Below are positions 1-9,031 of a DNA stretch of 64,000 nucleotides, in pieces. The notes under the pieces were generated by a model. It saw nothing but the letters and a program-made list of their open reading frames with translations, was not told the origin of the DNA and made no database searches. How positions within the stretch are numbered: the first letter of the stretch is position 1; every line of letters begins with the position of its first letter. The stretch comes from an uncultured Clostridium sp. (GTDB lineage: Bacteria > Bacillota > Clostridia > TANB77 > CAG-465): positions 64,215-128,214 of the forward strand of contig CANAIR010000001.1 of the NCBI GenBank assembly GCA_947361355.1. Reading direction: 5' to 3'. The position numbers were made by a program, and so were the translations under genes.

Positions 1-789
1 AGTTGCAAGATAATATTCAGTTTTTAATCTGCCTTCTATTTTTAAGCTTTCTACTCCCATATCACAAATTACTGGTATTTGATTTATAAGACACATATCT
101 TTCGAAGAAAAAAGGTAAGTTCCTTTTTCATCAAAATCAAGATTTATTATACTTTCAGGATTATTTACTTCACTTGCTGTTATGTTGTACTGCCATCTGC
201 AACTTTGAGCGCAGTCCCCTAAATTAGCACATCTATTTGATAAATATTTACTAAGATAACATCTTCCTGAATAAGCATAACAAATTGCACCATGAATAAA
301 CATTTCAATTTCTAAGTCCTTAGGTTTATTTTTCATTATATAACTTATATTTTCTTTTGAAAGTTCCCTTGCAAGTACTACTCTTCTAGCCCCATACTTA
401 TACCAAAAGTTTGCTGAATGCAAACTTACATTATTAGCTTGAGTACTTATATGAATTTCCATATTAGGTGCAATTTCTTTAATCTTTTCAATAACACCAA
501 CATCACTTGCAATTATAGCGTCTGCTCCTATTTTATCAAGTCTTTTTACTTCTTCTTCAATTTCACTATAATGTTCATCATGAGCGTAAATATTAAGTGC
601 TACATACACTTTTTTACCTATGTTGTGTGCATATTTTATAGTTTCTTCTAATGAATCAATATTTAGATCTGCTCTTGATCTTAATGATAATTTAGCAGTT
701 CCTGCATATATTGCATCAGCTCCATACATAAAAGCTACTTTAGCTTTTTCAATACTTCCTGCTGGTGCAAGTAGTTCAGTTTTTTTCAT
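1..789 (-). CDS. Peptidase U32 family protein (collagenase-like, YhbU type). N-terminal part only; the C-terminus lies beyond the window start
   Basis: Absent from the ORF track because it is open at the window edge. Minus-strand translation from ATG 789..787 reads MKKTELLAPAGSIEKAKVAFMYGADAIYAG...IHISTQANNVS...MFIHGAICYAYSGRCYLS...CRWQY, a typical U32 signature. SD AGGAAAG lies upstream. Confidence 0.85.
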   Translation of the reverse strand, partial: MKKTELLAPAGSIEKAKVAFMYGADAIYAGTAKLSLRSRADLNIDSLEETIKYAHNIGKKVYVALNIYAHDEHYSEIEEEVKRLDKIGADAIIASDVGVIEKIKEIAPNMEIHISTQANNVSLHSANFWYKYGARRVVLARELSKENISYIMKNKPKDLEIEMFIHGAICYAYSGRCYLSKYLSNRCANLGDCAQSCRWQYNITASEVNNPESIINLDFDEKGTYLFSSKDMCLINQIPVICDMGVESLKIEGRLKTEYYLAT

Positions 790-809
790 TTTACTTTCCT
801 TTCTTATAT

Positions 810-1676
810 TTAATTTTTGTTGTTAACTTTAATATCATTATACATTTTTTTCATCATAATACTATCTATATCTTGTGTTCCAGCAGACTCAGATAATATA
901 GTTGGTTCTAATTTTAGTTCGATTAAAGCTTTTGCTACTTCCTCAAAATATGGTCCATATCCTTTATCTGCAAATGTAACATGCCTTTTTTCTCCACCAG
1001 GAATTGAAAATTCCATTTTACTAAAATGTGCATGAAAATGTTTCATCCTATCATATCCAAGTATATCTATATACATCTGTAATTCTTTTTTCCAATCTTC
1101 ATATGATACTAGCTTTCCATATTCTCTACAATATAAGTGTCCAAAATCAATAGTAGGTTTTAATCTTTTATCAATTTCACATATTTTTATTATTTCTTTG
1201 CTATTTCCTAATTGGTTAACTTTTCCCATTGTTTCAGGACATATTATAATATCTGAAAGTCCCATATCATCTACTACATCAATAGCTCTTTTTAATAGTT
1301 CACAAGCGCAATTTACAGCATATTCTCTTTCTAATCCAAGTAAAGAACCTGCATGAACTACAATCTCTTTTGCACCCATTTTATTTGCTGCTTTCATAGT
1401 ATCAGTTATATATTTTATAGTATTTATTTTCTTTTGCTCTTCTTGTGTGGAAAGACTTATATAATATGGAGCATGTACACTCAATGTTATATTATACTTT
1501 AATGCTTGCTCTTTTAATAACTGTGCCTTTTTATCACTTATTCTAACGCCCCTTGAACATTGATATTCATACGCGTCTAATCCAATTTCATATAAATATT
1601 TTGGCATTTGTTCTGAATTTTTATTTCCTGCTTCATAAAATTTTTCAGGATTTGCTGCTACTCCAAATTTTATCAT
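810..1676 (-). CDS. TIM-barrel endonuclease IV-like / sugar phosphate isomerase-epimerase family protein
   Basis: ORF 810..1706 trimmed to MIKFGV, which has SD AAGAGGT. VHAPYYISL, VVHAGS, CPETMG and IDFGHL resemble the metal-binding strands of the Nfo/xylose-isomerase-like fold. Confidence 0.7.
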   Translation of the reverse strand: MIKFGVAANPEKFYEAGNKNSEQMPKYLYEIGLDAYEYQCSRGVRISDKKAQLLKEQALKYNITLSVHAPYYISLSTQEEQKKINTIKYITDTMKAANKMGAKEIVVHAGSLLGLEREYAVNCACELLKRAIDVVDDMGLSDIIICPETMGKVNQLGNSKEIIKICEIDKRLKPTIDFGHLYCREYGKLVSYEDWKKELQMYIDILGYDRMKHFHAHFSKMEFSIPGGEKRHVTFADKGYGPYFEEVAKALIELKLEPTILSESAGTQDIDSIMMKKMYNDIKVNNKN

Positions 1677-1788
1677 AATTACCTCTTTAATACTAATATT
1701 ATACACTTTTTTTAGCCCTTTGTAAATATATATAACATATTATATACTTAAAACCATAAATAACACACAATACTTTTAGTATCATGTG

Positions 1789-2340
1789 TTATTCAATTAT
1801 ATTTATTATTTCTGCAATAGATTCATGTATTTCTTTCTTAGAATCAACTGAAGACGTCCTTATTTTAATATTACTACCTACTATAATTTCATTTAACCTT
1901 GATTTAAAATCATTTTTATAAATCAATGTTCCACTTATTATTTTTACCTTTTGTTTTTCATTTTGCTTTGATACAACTGTTAAAATAGTTTTACCATCCA
2001 CTACTTCAATATTTTCAACAATACCTTCAAAATTATACGTTTTATTTTTATTATCCACTTCAATTTTTAGTTTACTTTCATCTATTTGAGGATCATAGCT
2101 CATAAAAACTGGACCTAAATCTATATCATGTCTTCCATATTTTGCATTATATGATATTATTTTGTATCCTAATCCAGTATACTCAACTGTTCCTCCATCA
2201 TCATGTATATATTGACTAAAACAAAATATTGGTTGTTGCTTTTGTAATACATAATTAAAGTCTGCTATTATCATAGTAGATAATAATATAACAATTACAA
2301 TACATGCTATAAGTAAATTTTTTACAGTTTTTCTACTCAT
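1789..2340 (-). CDS. Hypothetical N-terminally membrane-anchored protein
   Basis: 183-aa ORF with SD AAGAGGTG. Single N-terminal hydrophobic helix (LLIACIVIVILLSTMII). No motif recognised. Confidence 0.6.
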   Translation of the reverse strand: MSRKTVKNLLIACIVIVILLSTMIIADFNYVLQKQQPIFCFSQYIHDDGGTVEYTGLGYKIISYNAKYGRHDIDLGPVFMSYDPQIDESKLKIEVDNKNKTYNFEGIVENIEVVDGKTILTVVSKQNEKQKVKIISGTLIYKNDFKSRLNEIIVGSNIKIRTSSVDSKKEIHESIAEIINIIE

Positions 2341-2358
2341 TTTACACCTCTTAACAAC

Positions 2359-3024
2359 TTATATCTCAAATGTTTCTAAAATGTCTAAAAATTTATATTC
2401 CATTCCTAAATTTTCTATACTAGTTTTTACTTTTTTTAAATCTGGCATCATAACAGGATTTGGATGTTCTAAATGAACTGGAATTATCAACTTAGCGCAT
2501 ACCTCTTTTGCAAATAATGGACCTTCAAAACCTCCAAATGTAAGTCCATTTCCATTAAAAGGCATACAAATAATATCACATTTATAATTATTATTAAAGC
2601 AAAGACTATCACTTGTTACATACAATCTCTTTTTAAAATCATCAAATATATAACCTATATTTTCTTTTACTTCATTATCATTCATTCCAGGCAAATAACC
2701 ATGAACTGCTTTTGTAACTTCTACATTAAAGCCTTCAAATTGTAATGTATCTCCAGCTTTTACAATAACATACTTTTCAAAGTCGTAATTATTTGCTACT
2801 TCCGATGAAATATATAACTTAGCATTATCTCTTTTAACTATATTTTTAATGACTTCATCAAAGCAGTGATCATTATGTTTATGCGTAATAAATATATAAT
2901 TGATATTTTTCCAATATTTTTCGTACATTTCCTCTGTATAACCTATTTTTCCTGGATCTATTAATATTTTTTTATCTTTTATTTCTACTAATAAACATGA
3001 CTGATGAAATTTTGTTATCTTCAT
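2359..3024 (-). CDS. MBL-fold metallo-hydrolase
   Basis: ORF trimmed to MKITKF, which has SD GGAGG. Carries the HxHxDH motif (THKHNDH). Confidence 0.75.
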   Translation of the reverse strand: MKITKFHQSCLLVEIKDKKILIDPGKIGYTEEMYEKYWKNINYIFITHKHNDHCFDEVIKNIVKRDNAKLYISSEVANNYDFEKYVIVKAGDTLQFEGFNVEVTKAVHGYLPGMNDNEVKENIGYIFDDFKKRLYVTSDSLCFNNNYKCDIICMPFNGNGLTFGGFEGPLFAKEVCAKLIIPVHLEHPNPVMMPDLKKVKTSIENLGMEYKFLDILETFEI

Positions 3025-3093
3025 TGTTACCTCCAATAAATTTATACTAGTGTAAATATTATATACCATATATATTTTTTTGTAAAGTATTGT

Positions 3094-3843
3094 TTAACTA
3101 AATTTATTGATTAAAAAATATGCCGCATCTGACATCATTAATCCAAGCCATGTACAAAACTCTATATAAATATTTATTATTATATCCGATGGTACAAACA
3201 TTATTATTATTGCTCCAATTACTATAAATGGTCCAAAAGGAATATATCCATCATTATCATTTCTTTTAAGTATCAATATTGCTCCACCTATTATCGCTCC
3301 GAACACAAACGACACTAATGTTATTACAAGAATATTTTTTATTCCAAACATAAATCCTAATGATGCCATTAATTTAACATCACCAAATCCCATTCCTTCT
3401 TTTTTAAATATAATAATTGAAAGTAATCCAAGCCCCCAAAATATTGCTCCACCTATTATCGCTCCAAGTAAATAATTCCACCAATTTGATAAATTAAACA
3501 TAAAATTTATTAATCCTGCAAATAATATAATTATATGTGTTTCATCTGGGATCAATCTAAATCTTACATCAACTGAAAATGCTAAAGATAAAGCTAAAGA
3601 TACACTCATATATAAATATGTAGTTAAATTTATTCCTAGAAAATGAATAAAGGAATTAAACAACACTAAAAAAATAAATGTATAAAATATGTCAATTCTA
3701 AAATCCTTTTTTAAACTTTCAAAAAATTCTTTATATGTTATCTCTTCTGCTACAACTGGTGGAAGTTTTTTATTTAAGTGCGAAGATATTTGTCCAAATA
3801 TTATTGCTATTATACTAGCAATGATATAATGTATGGTCATCAT
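3094..3843 (-). CDS. A24-family prepilin (type IV leader) peptidase
   Basis: 249-aa polytopic membrane ORF with GFGDVKLMASLGF and a second acidic motif region DGYIPFGPF, typical of PilD/ComC-type aspartic peptidases. Its start overlaps the yqeG-like stop by 4 nt. Confidence 0.8.
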   Translation of the reverse strand: MMTIHYIIASIIAIIFGQISSHLNKKLPPVVAEEITYKEFFESLKKDFRIDIFYTFIFLVLFNSFIHFLGINLTTYLYMSVSLALSLAFSVDVRFRLIPDETHIIILFAGLINFMFNLSNWWNYLLGAIIGGAIFWGLGLLSIIIFKKEGMGFGDVKLMASLGFMFGIKNILVITLVSFVFGAIIGGAILILKRNDNDGYIPFGPFIVIGAIIIMFVPSDIIINIYIEFCTWLGLMMSDAAYFLINKFS

Positions 3844-4403
3844 TTATTATTCTCTCCTTTTTTTCTTAAATATCGTTTTATTACTATATTTTCAAATGGT
3901 CTTTTTACCTTTGTATGTATCCTTTCATTTTTATTTATAGGATTTACTAAAATATTTTTTATTCCAAATCTATTTGCGCCCCATATATCTGTAAAAATTT
4001 GATCACCAACCATAAGCATATTTTCTTTATTCTCTTTTTCAAGTTCCATAATCTTTTTAAATCCTCTTATAGAAGGTTTTCCAGCATTATAATAATACTT
4101 CATATTTAATTCACTAGCTACTTTTTTTACAATCTTACCAAAGGGTGAATTACTTAAAATGTATAATTTTATTCCATTTCTTTTCATTCTAATAGCCCAT
4201 TCTTTCATTTCAATACTGTACTTTCCCTCACTATAATCTATTATTGTATTATCCATATCCAACATTATAAGTTTTATATTATTTTCTTCTATTAAAGAAT
4301 ATGGAATACTTTCAACATTACTATATTTATATGTAGGATAAAAATTTCTAAAAATTTTTTTTACTATATTTCCTTTTTTATTATTACTACTATTATTCAA
4401 CAT
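3840..4403 (-). CDS. yqeG: YqeG-family HAD-IIIA phosphatase
   Basis: Carries MLDMDNTI, LSNS and GDQIFTDI motifs. The size (187 aa) matches the YqeG family. Confidence 0.8.
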   Translation of the reverse strand: MLNNSSNNKKGNIVKKIFRNFYPTYKYSNVESIPYSLIEENNIKLIMLDMDNTIIDYSEGKYSIEMKEWAIRMKRNGIKLYILSNSPFGKIVKKVASELNMKYYYNAGKPSIRGFKKIMELEKENKENMLMVGDQIFTDIWGANRFGIKNILVNPINKNERIHTKVKRPFENIVIKRYLRKKGENNK

Positions 4404-4608
4404 GTATCATCCTTTCTAACTATATCTTACTATATTAATTGATATAATGCAATAACTTTTAAATGTTTTTTACTATTTATATTAAATCCTATTTTTATAT
4501 AAATTATATACTAATAGTATAAAATTTATAATTTTTCTTTAAATAACATAAAAAATGTGCTATACTATATTAGTAAAAAATGTAATCATTATACAAGGAG
4601 GATTTTAC

Positions 4609-5862
4609 ATGGACAAAAAATTTGAAAATTTATCTATTTATGAAGTATTAAAAGAAAGAGATTTGATTAAACAAATTACTTATGAAGATGAATTTAAAGA
4701 AATGATTGCTAAAGAAAAAACTTGTGTATACTTAGGAATTGATCCAACAGCTGATAGTATTCATATAGGACATTTTATACCACTTATGATGATGTCATAT
4801 TTTCAAAAATGCGGACATACTCCAATAATACTAGTTGGTGGTGGCACAGCATTTATTGGCGATCCAAGCGGAAAAACCGATATGCGAAAAATGCTTACAA
4901 AAGAAGAAATTTCAAAAAATGTTGATAATATAATTAAACAAATTAGCAAATTTATCTCTTTTGAAGGTGAAAATGCAGCAATAATTGTTAACAATGGAGA
5001 TTGGATTTTAGATTTAAATTACATGGAATTTATTCGTACATATGGTGTCCATTTCAATGTTAACAGAATGCTAGATGCGGAATGCTTTAAACAACGTATG
5101 GAAAAAGGGCTTACTTTCTTTGAGTTAAATTATATGCTAATGCAAAGTTATGATTTTTTACACCTTTTCGAAACCAAGGGATGTAAAATTGAAATTGGTG
5201 GTGACGACCAATGGTCTAATATGTTAGCTGGAGTTGATTTAATTAGAAAGATCCATAAAAATGGTAGTTTTTGTGTAACATGCCCACTACTTCTTAACGC
5301 AGAAGGAAAAAAGATGGGAAAAACTGTTAGTGGTGCTTTATGGCTTGATGAAAAAAAGACTTCACCATATGAATTTTATCAATATTGGCGTAATATACAA
5401 GATAATGAAGTAAGAGATGTTTTAAGAATGCTTACTTATATTCCAATGGATGAAGTGAATAGATTATCTTCTCTAAAGGACGAAAAAATAAATGAAGCAA
5501 AGAAAATTGCTGCATATGAAATTACTAAATTAATACATGGCGAAGAGGCAGCAAAACAAGCGAAAAATACTTCTGAAGAACTGTTTGAAAATTCCAAAAG
5601 TTCTGATAATATGCCTACTATAGCTATTTCTAAAAATTTATTTATAGATAATGAAATACTAATAGTTGATTTAATTATCCATACAAATATTGCCCCATCA
5701 AAATCGCAAGCAAGGACTTTAATAGAACAAGGTGGTATATCTGTTGATGATGAAAAGGTAACTAATACAAATACCAAAATAAACATGCTACAATTCGAAA
5801 AAGGCTATATTGTAATAAAAAAAGGAAAAAAAGTATTTATTAAGGTTATATTAGAAAATTAA
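4609..5862 (+). CDS. tyrS: Tyrosine--tRNA ligase
   Basis: ORF 4555..5862 trimmed to MDKKFENL, which has SD AGGAGG. HIGH-type motif (SIHIGHF), KMSKS-type motif (KMGKT) and a C-terminal S4-like domain. Confidence 0.95.
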   Translation: MDKKFENLSIYEVLKERDLIKQITYEDEFKEMIAKEKTCVYLGIDPTADSIHIGHFIPLMMMSYFQKCGHTPIILVGGGTAFIGDPSGKTDMRKMLTKEEISKNVDNIIKQISKFISFEGENAAIIVNNGDWILDLNYMEFIRTYGVHFNVNRMLDAECFKQRMEKGLTFFELNYMLMQSYDFLHLFETKGCKIEIGGDDQWSNMLAGVDLIRKIHKNGSFCVTCPLLLNAEGKKMGKTVSGALWLDEKKTSPYEFYQYWRNIQDNEVRDVLRMLTYIPMDEVNRLSSLKDEKINEAKKIAAYEITKLIHGEEAAKQAKNTSEELFENSKSSDNMPTIAISKNLFIDNEILIVDLIIHTNIAPSKSQARTLIEQGGISVDDEKVTNTNTKINMLQFEKGYIVIKKGKKVFIKVILEN

Positions 5863-5903
5863 TTAATATATTCTCTATTCATAATTACAAAATAATATTT
5901 ATA

Positions 5904-5938
5904 AAACGATAAACTAAAAATTGGTTTGTCGTTTTTTT
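5904..5938 (+). terminator. Rho-independent terminator of tyrS
   Basis: Stem ACGATAAAC/GTTTGTCGT followed by a T-run. Confidence 0.7.
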
Positions 5939-6058
5939 AATTTACACAAACATTCGACATACAATTAGCATTCTATTACTTAAACATATATATTTTAAAA
6001 TTTATGTTAATTAACTATTTACTTATTTATTTTTTTATGTTATAATTTCAATATTAAT

Positions 6059-6133
6059 GGCCCATTGGTCAAGCGGTTAAGACGCGGCCCTCTCAAGGCC
6101 GAATCAGGAGTTCGATTCTCCTATGGGTCACCA
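6059..6133 (+). tRNA. tRNA-Glu, anticodon CUC, with encoded CCA
   Basis: GGCCCATTGGTCAAGCGGTTAAGAC... closely resembles Firmicute tRNA-Glu. Acceptor stem GGCCCAT/ATGGGTC. Anticodon stem CGGCC/GGCCG with loop CTCTCAA gives anticodon CTC. Confidence 0.85.
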
Positions 6134-6165
6134 TGATAATCTATACAAGCTAGAATATAAGATAA

Positions 6166-6206
6166 AAAAACATCTAAATCTACATTATTGTATTTTTAGA
6201 TGTTTT
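6166..6206. terminator. Bidirectional hairpin terminator between tRNA-Glu and the 109-aa gene
   Basis: Stem AACATCTAAA/TTTAGATGTT. An A-run on the left gives a T-run when read on the minus strand. Confidence 0.6.
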
Positions 6207-6233
6207 AAATTGTTTTATATTATGTTCATTTTT

Positions 6234-6563
6234 TTATTTACTTTTACTTTTTCTAATATAATTAATAGTATTAACAAATATATATATTAGTTGATATAAA
6301 GGAATAAACCAAAATTTAAATAATGTATATATAACGCAATTTTCAATTCCTGCTACAAATCCTTCCAATCCATAATATGTCGTATGAACATGATTGCATA
6401 AAGACTCTATATGTATTCCAACATATTCAGAACTTATTACTACTATGCTATATCCTAATGATACAATAAACCAATATATATAATATATAAAACTTAATAT
6501 AAATATATATTTAAAAATCAAAAGCATATTGTTTTTATTATTATTTACTCTATGTTTTTCCAT
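6234..6563 (-). CDS. Hypothetical small integral membrane protein
   Basis: 109-aa ORF with three hydrophobic segments. GGAGG lies upstream of the start. Confidence 0.5.
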   Translation of the reverse strand: MEKHRVNNNKNNMLLIFKYIFILSFIYYIYWFIVSLGYSIVVISSEYVGIHIESLCNHVHTTYYGLEGFVAGIENCVIYTLFKFWFIPLYQLIYIFVNTINYIRKSKSK

Positions 6564-6569
6564 AGATAT

Positions 6570-6817
6570 TTAATACCTCCAATAATAAATTTATATTATT
6601 ATATCATTTTTTAAATTAAAAGACCCTTATATTTGAGAAAATACTTTATTATAATTTTTCCAGCTATTTTTATATAAAAGTTTATTTTTTCCTTTTAAAT
6701 CAACAATCTTTATATTTTTACTATTTTTAACTTTTTATCTGGAAAAAAATTAAAGAAATATTGATTTTTCAAGATATTCGTGTTATTATATAATTATAAA
6801 ACATTGATTTTTCAATG
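6570..6817 (+). promoter_or_regulatory. Putative CRISPR leader
   Basis: AT-rich non-coding stretch abutting the best-conserved repeat end. Contains a 13-nt direct repeat ATTGATTTTTCAA at 6760-6772 and 6803-6815. Confidence 0.5.
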
Positions 6818-7499
6818 GTTTAACTTTAACAACAGTTGTATTTAAATTATCTATCAAAAGTACCAATATAAGTAAATCTTATAGTTTAACTTTAACAACA
6901 GTTGTATTTAAATTGTCTTAAATTCTTGTAATGTTGCTTTATCTGCAATGTTTAACTTTAACAACAGTTGTATTTAAATCTTACTATAGTAGTAGAATAT
7001 GTATAAGTTCCTTTTGTTTAACTTTAACAACAGTTGTATTTAAATCTTTTTCCAAGCACCTGCAATGCACCGTTGTTCATAGTTTAACTTTAACAACAGT
7101 TGTATTTAAATTATAAAAGAAGAGAGGAATAATATATGAATACTATAGTTTAACTTTAACAACAGTTGTATTTAAATACAAACATATATCGCTTAATCTG
7201 TCTAATTTAGACGTTTAACTTTAACAACAGTTGTATTTAAATATGTGATGTAATTGTAAATACATCATTTATAAACGGGTTTAACTTTAACAACAGTTGT
7301 ATTTAAATTTGTAGTTTGTATTTAATACTGCTCTTTTTAGTATTGGTTTAACTTTAACATCAGTTGTATTTAAATCAAATTGTTAATTGTAATACCTGTA
7401 TCGTTTAAAATGTTTAACTTTAACATCAGTTGTATTTAAATATAAATACTTATGTAAAAATATTTAAATGTTTAACTTTTACAATAGTTGTAGTAGGAG
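6818..7499 (+). CRISPR. CRISPR array: 11 repeats of 30 nt (GTTTAACTTTAACAACAGTTGTATTTAAAT) and 10 spacers
   Basis: Repeats start at 6818, 6884, 6950, 7016, 7082, 7148, 7213, 7279, 7346, 7412 and 7470. Spacers are 35-37 nt, except the last at 28 nt. Repeats 9-10 carry one substitution (AACATCAG). Repeat 11 is degenerate (GTTTAACTTTTACAATAGTTGTAGTAGGAG), which marks the trailer end. The repeat 3' end GTATTTAAAT is clostridial type I-B-like. Confidence 0.95.
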
Positions 7500-7511
7500 C
7501 CATTCTGTCTC

Positions 7512-7691
7512 CTACCTTTTTATTAAAAATTTTATTAGCAAATATATTTTTTTTGCAATACTTTTTATATTATAGATTTTAAATTTCTTATTTTCACCTT
7601 CTTCCTTATATTTATAATAAAAATATTTTCTATTGTTTTCAAAATTAATTTTAATTTCTCTTTCTTTTTTAAAATCATTTTTGTTACTCAT
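7512..7691 (-). CDS. Hypothetical 59-aa lysine-rich protein
   Basis: Below the ORF-track size cutoff. ATG 7691 is preceded by SD AAGGAGGA. Reads MSNKNDFKKEREIKINFENNRKYFYYKYKEEGENKKFKIYNIKSIAKKIYLLIKFLIKR. Its stop lies 13 nt from the terminal CRISPR repeat. Confidence 0.35.
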   Translation of the reverse strand: MSNKNDFKKEREIKINFENNRKYFYYKYKEEGENKKFKIYNIKSIAKKIYLLIKFLIKR

Positions 7692-7937
7692 AGCATCCTC
7701 CTTTTTTACTTAAGTATTTATTGGATTTTATTTTTCCATTTTTTCAAAATTTTACCATACTTTTTGTTTCAAGTCAATATATTAAATAATACATATATTA
7801 TTTTAACAAATATACTCTATAAATTCTGAATAAAATATTTACTAATTTTTTGAAAATACTTAACTTTTAAATTTAATTATGATATTATATATATAGATAT
7901 ACATATAACATATAATACAGAAAGAGAGTGATTATAC

Positions 7938-8258
7938 ATGATGAAAGCAAAAGTAATTACAATATGTGGTAGCTTAAGATTTATAAAAGAGATGATTGAA
8001 ATAGCTGAAAAAATGGAATTAAGAGGACTTTGTATGTTACTACCCATATACAATCCAATGAGGCAAAATAAAGATGCTTTTACGGAAAATGAACTTTTAA
8101 TGCTAGCTAAAACACATAAAGAAAAAATCAGATTAGCTGATGCAATTTTAGTTGTAAATGTAGGTGGATATATAGGAACTAGTACTAAAAATGAAATTGA
8201 ATTTGCAAAATCTTTAAATAAGGAAATATTATATTACACTGAATTAAACAATATATAA
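7938..8258 (+). CDS. Nucleoside 2-deoxyribosyltransferase-like (Rcl/NDT-fold) small protein
   Basis: Carries ICGSLRF near the N-terminus and ADAILVVNVGGYIGTSTKNEIEFA. This fits the GS-loop plus catalytic-Glu pattern of the NDT/DNPH1 superfamily. Assignment is by motif only. Confidence 0.55.
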   Translation: MMKAKVITICGSLRFIKEMIEIAEKMELRGLCMLLPIYNPMRQNKDAFTENELLMLAKTHKEKIRLADAILVVNVGGYIGTSTKNEIEFAKSLNKEILYYTELNNI

Positions 8259-8280
8259 TTAATATAGTAAGGTGACAAAG

Positions 8281-8763
8281 ATGAAAATAGAATTAGCAAA
8301 AATAGAAGATATAGACGCTATTTACAAATTAATATATGATAGATGCTTATGGTTTTCAAAAAAAGGGCTAAAGGGCTGGGATCCTAAATTCTATCCTAAA
8401 AAATATAATAAATATTATTTTAAAAAGCAAATGATACTTAATAAACTTTTTGTTGCAAAAATAAATAACACAATTTGTGGAGTTATGTTATTAAAAAAAG
8501 AAGATAAAAATTTTTGGAATGATGATAAATCTTGTTATTATATTCATCACTTAGCAACAGATATTAATATAAAAGGGATAGGAAGTTTGTTATTAAATTA
8601 TGCTATAAAACAATGTAAAAAAGACAATAAAGATTATTTAAGGTTAGACTGTTATAAAACAAGTAAATTTCTTAACAACTATTATAAAAAAGCGGGATTT
8701 ATTAATGTAGGAAACGGAGTCTTTAAAACTTATAATTATAATTTGTGGGAAATGAAAATTTAA
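8281..8763 (+). CDS. GNAT-family N-acetyltransferase
   Basis: ORF trimmed to ATG 8281, which has SD AAGGTGA. Carries the acetyl-CoA loop IKGIGSLLLNYAIKQCK and a C-terminal YYKKAGF. Confidence 0.8.
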   Translation: MKIELAKIEDIDAIYKLIYDRCLWFSKKGLKGWDPKFYPKKYNKYYFKKQMILNKLFVAKINNTICGVMLLKKEDKNFWNDDKSCYYIHHLATDINIKGIGSLLLNYAIKQCKKDNKDYLRLDCYKTSKFLNNYYKKAGFINVGNGVFKTYNYNLWEMKI

Positions 8764-8797
8764 AATATTTCTCTTAATGAAAATTCTTACTGATATT

Positions 8798-8830
8798 AAA
8801 ATAGGGTGATTAAAATCACCCTATTTTAAT
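8798..8830 (+). terminator. Rho-independent terminator
   Basis: Perfect stem AAAATAGGGTGAT/ATCACCCTATTTT with a 4-nt loop. Confidence 0.75.
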
Positions 8831-9031
8831 ATCAACTTAACTTATTAATTAGATTTATAAAACAAGTAATAAATTCATTTAATTTATTTTTATATTTTCT
8901 TACCATTAATTAAATACTTATTATTTTATATTATTAATAATATTCATTATTAACTTCCTACTAATCTATATTTTTATTATTTTATCACTTGTCAATACTA
9001 GTTGTAATCGTAATAGTAAAGTATGTACATA

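Noticed and set aside
4404-4608. Looked for T-box leaders upstream of tyrS, proS (60602-60785) and the acpS-metG unit
   Set aside because: No GGTGGTACC-type T-box motif and no terminator/antiterminator pair is present. Only valS has one.
6931-7116. 61-aa ORF in the track with a repeated LTLTTVVFK motif
   Set aside because: It is simply the translation of consecutive CRISPR repeats and spacers, not a gene.
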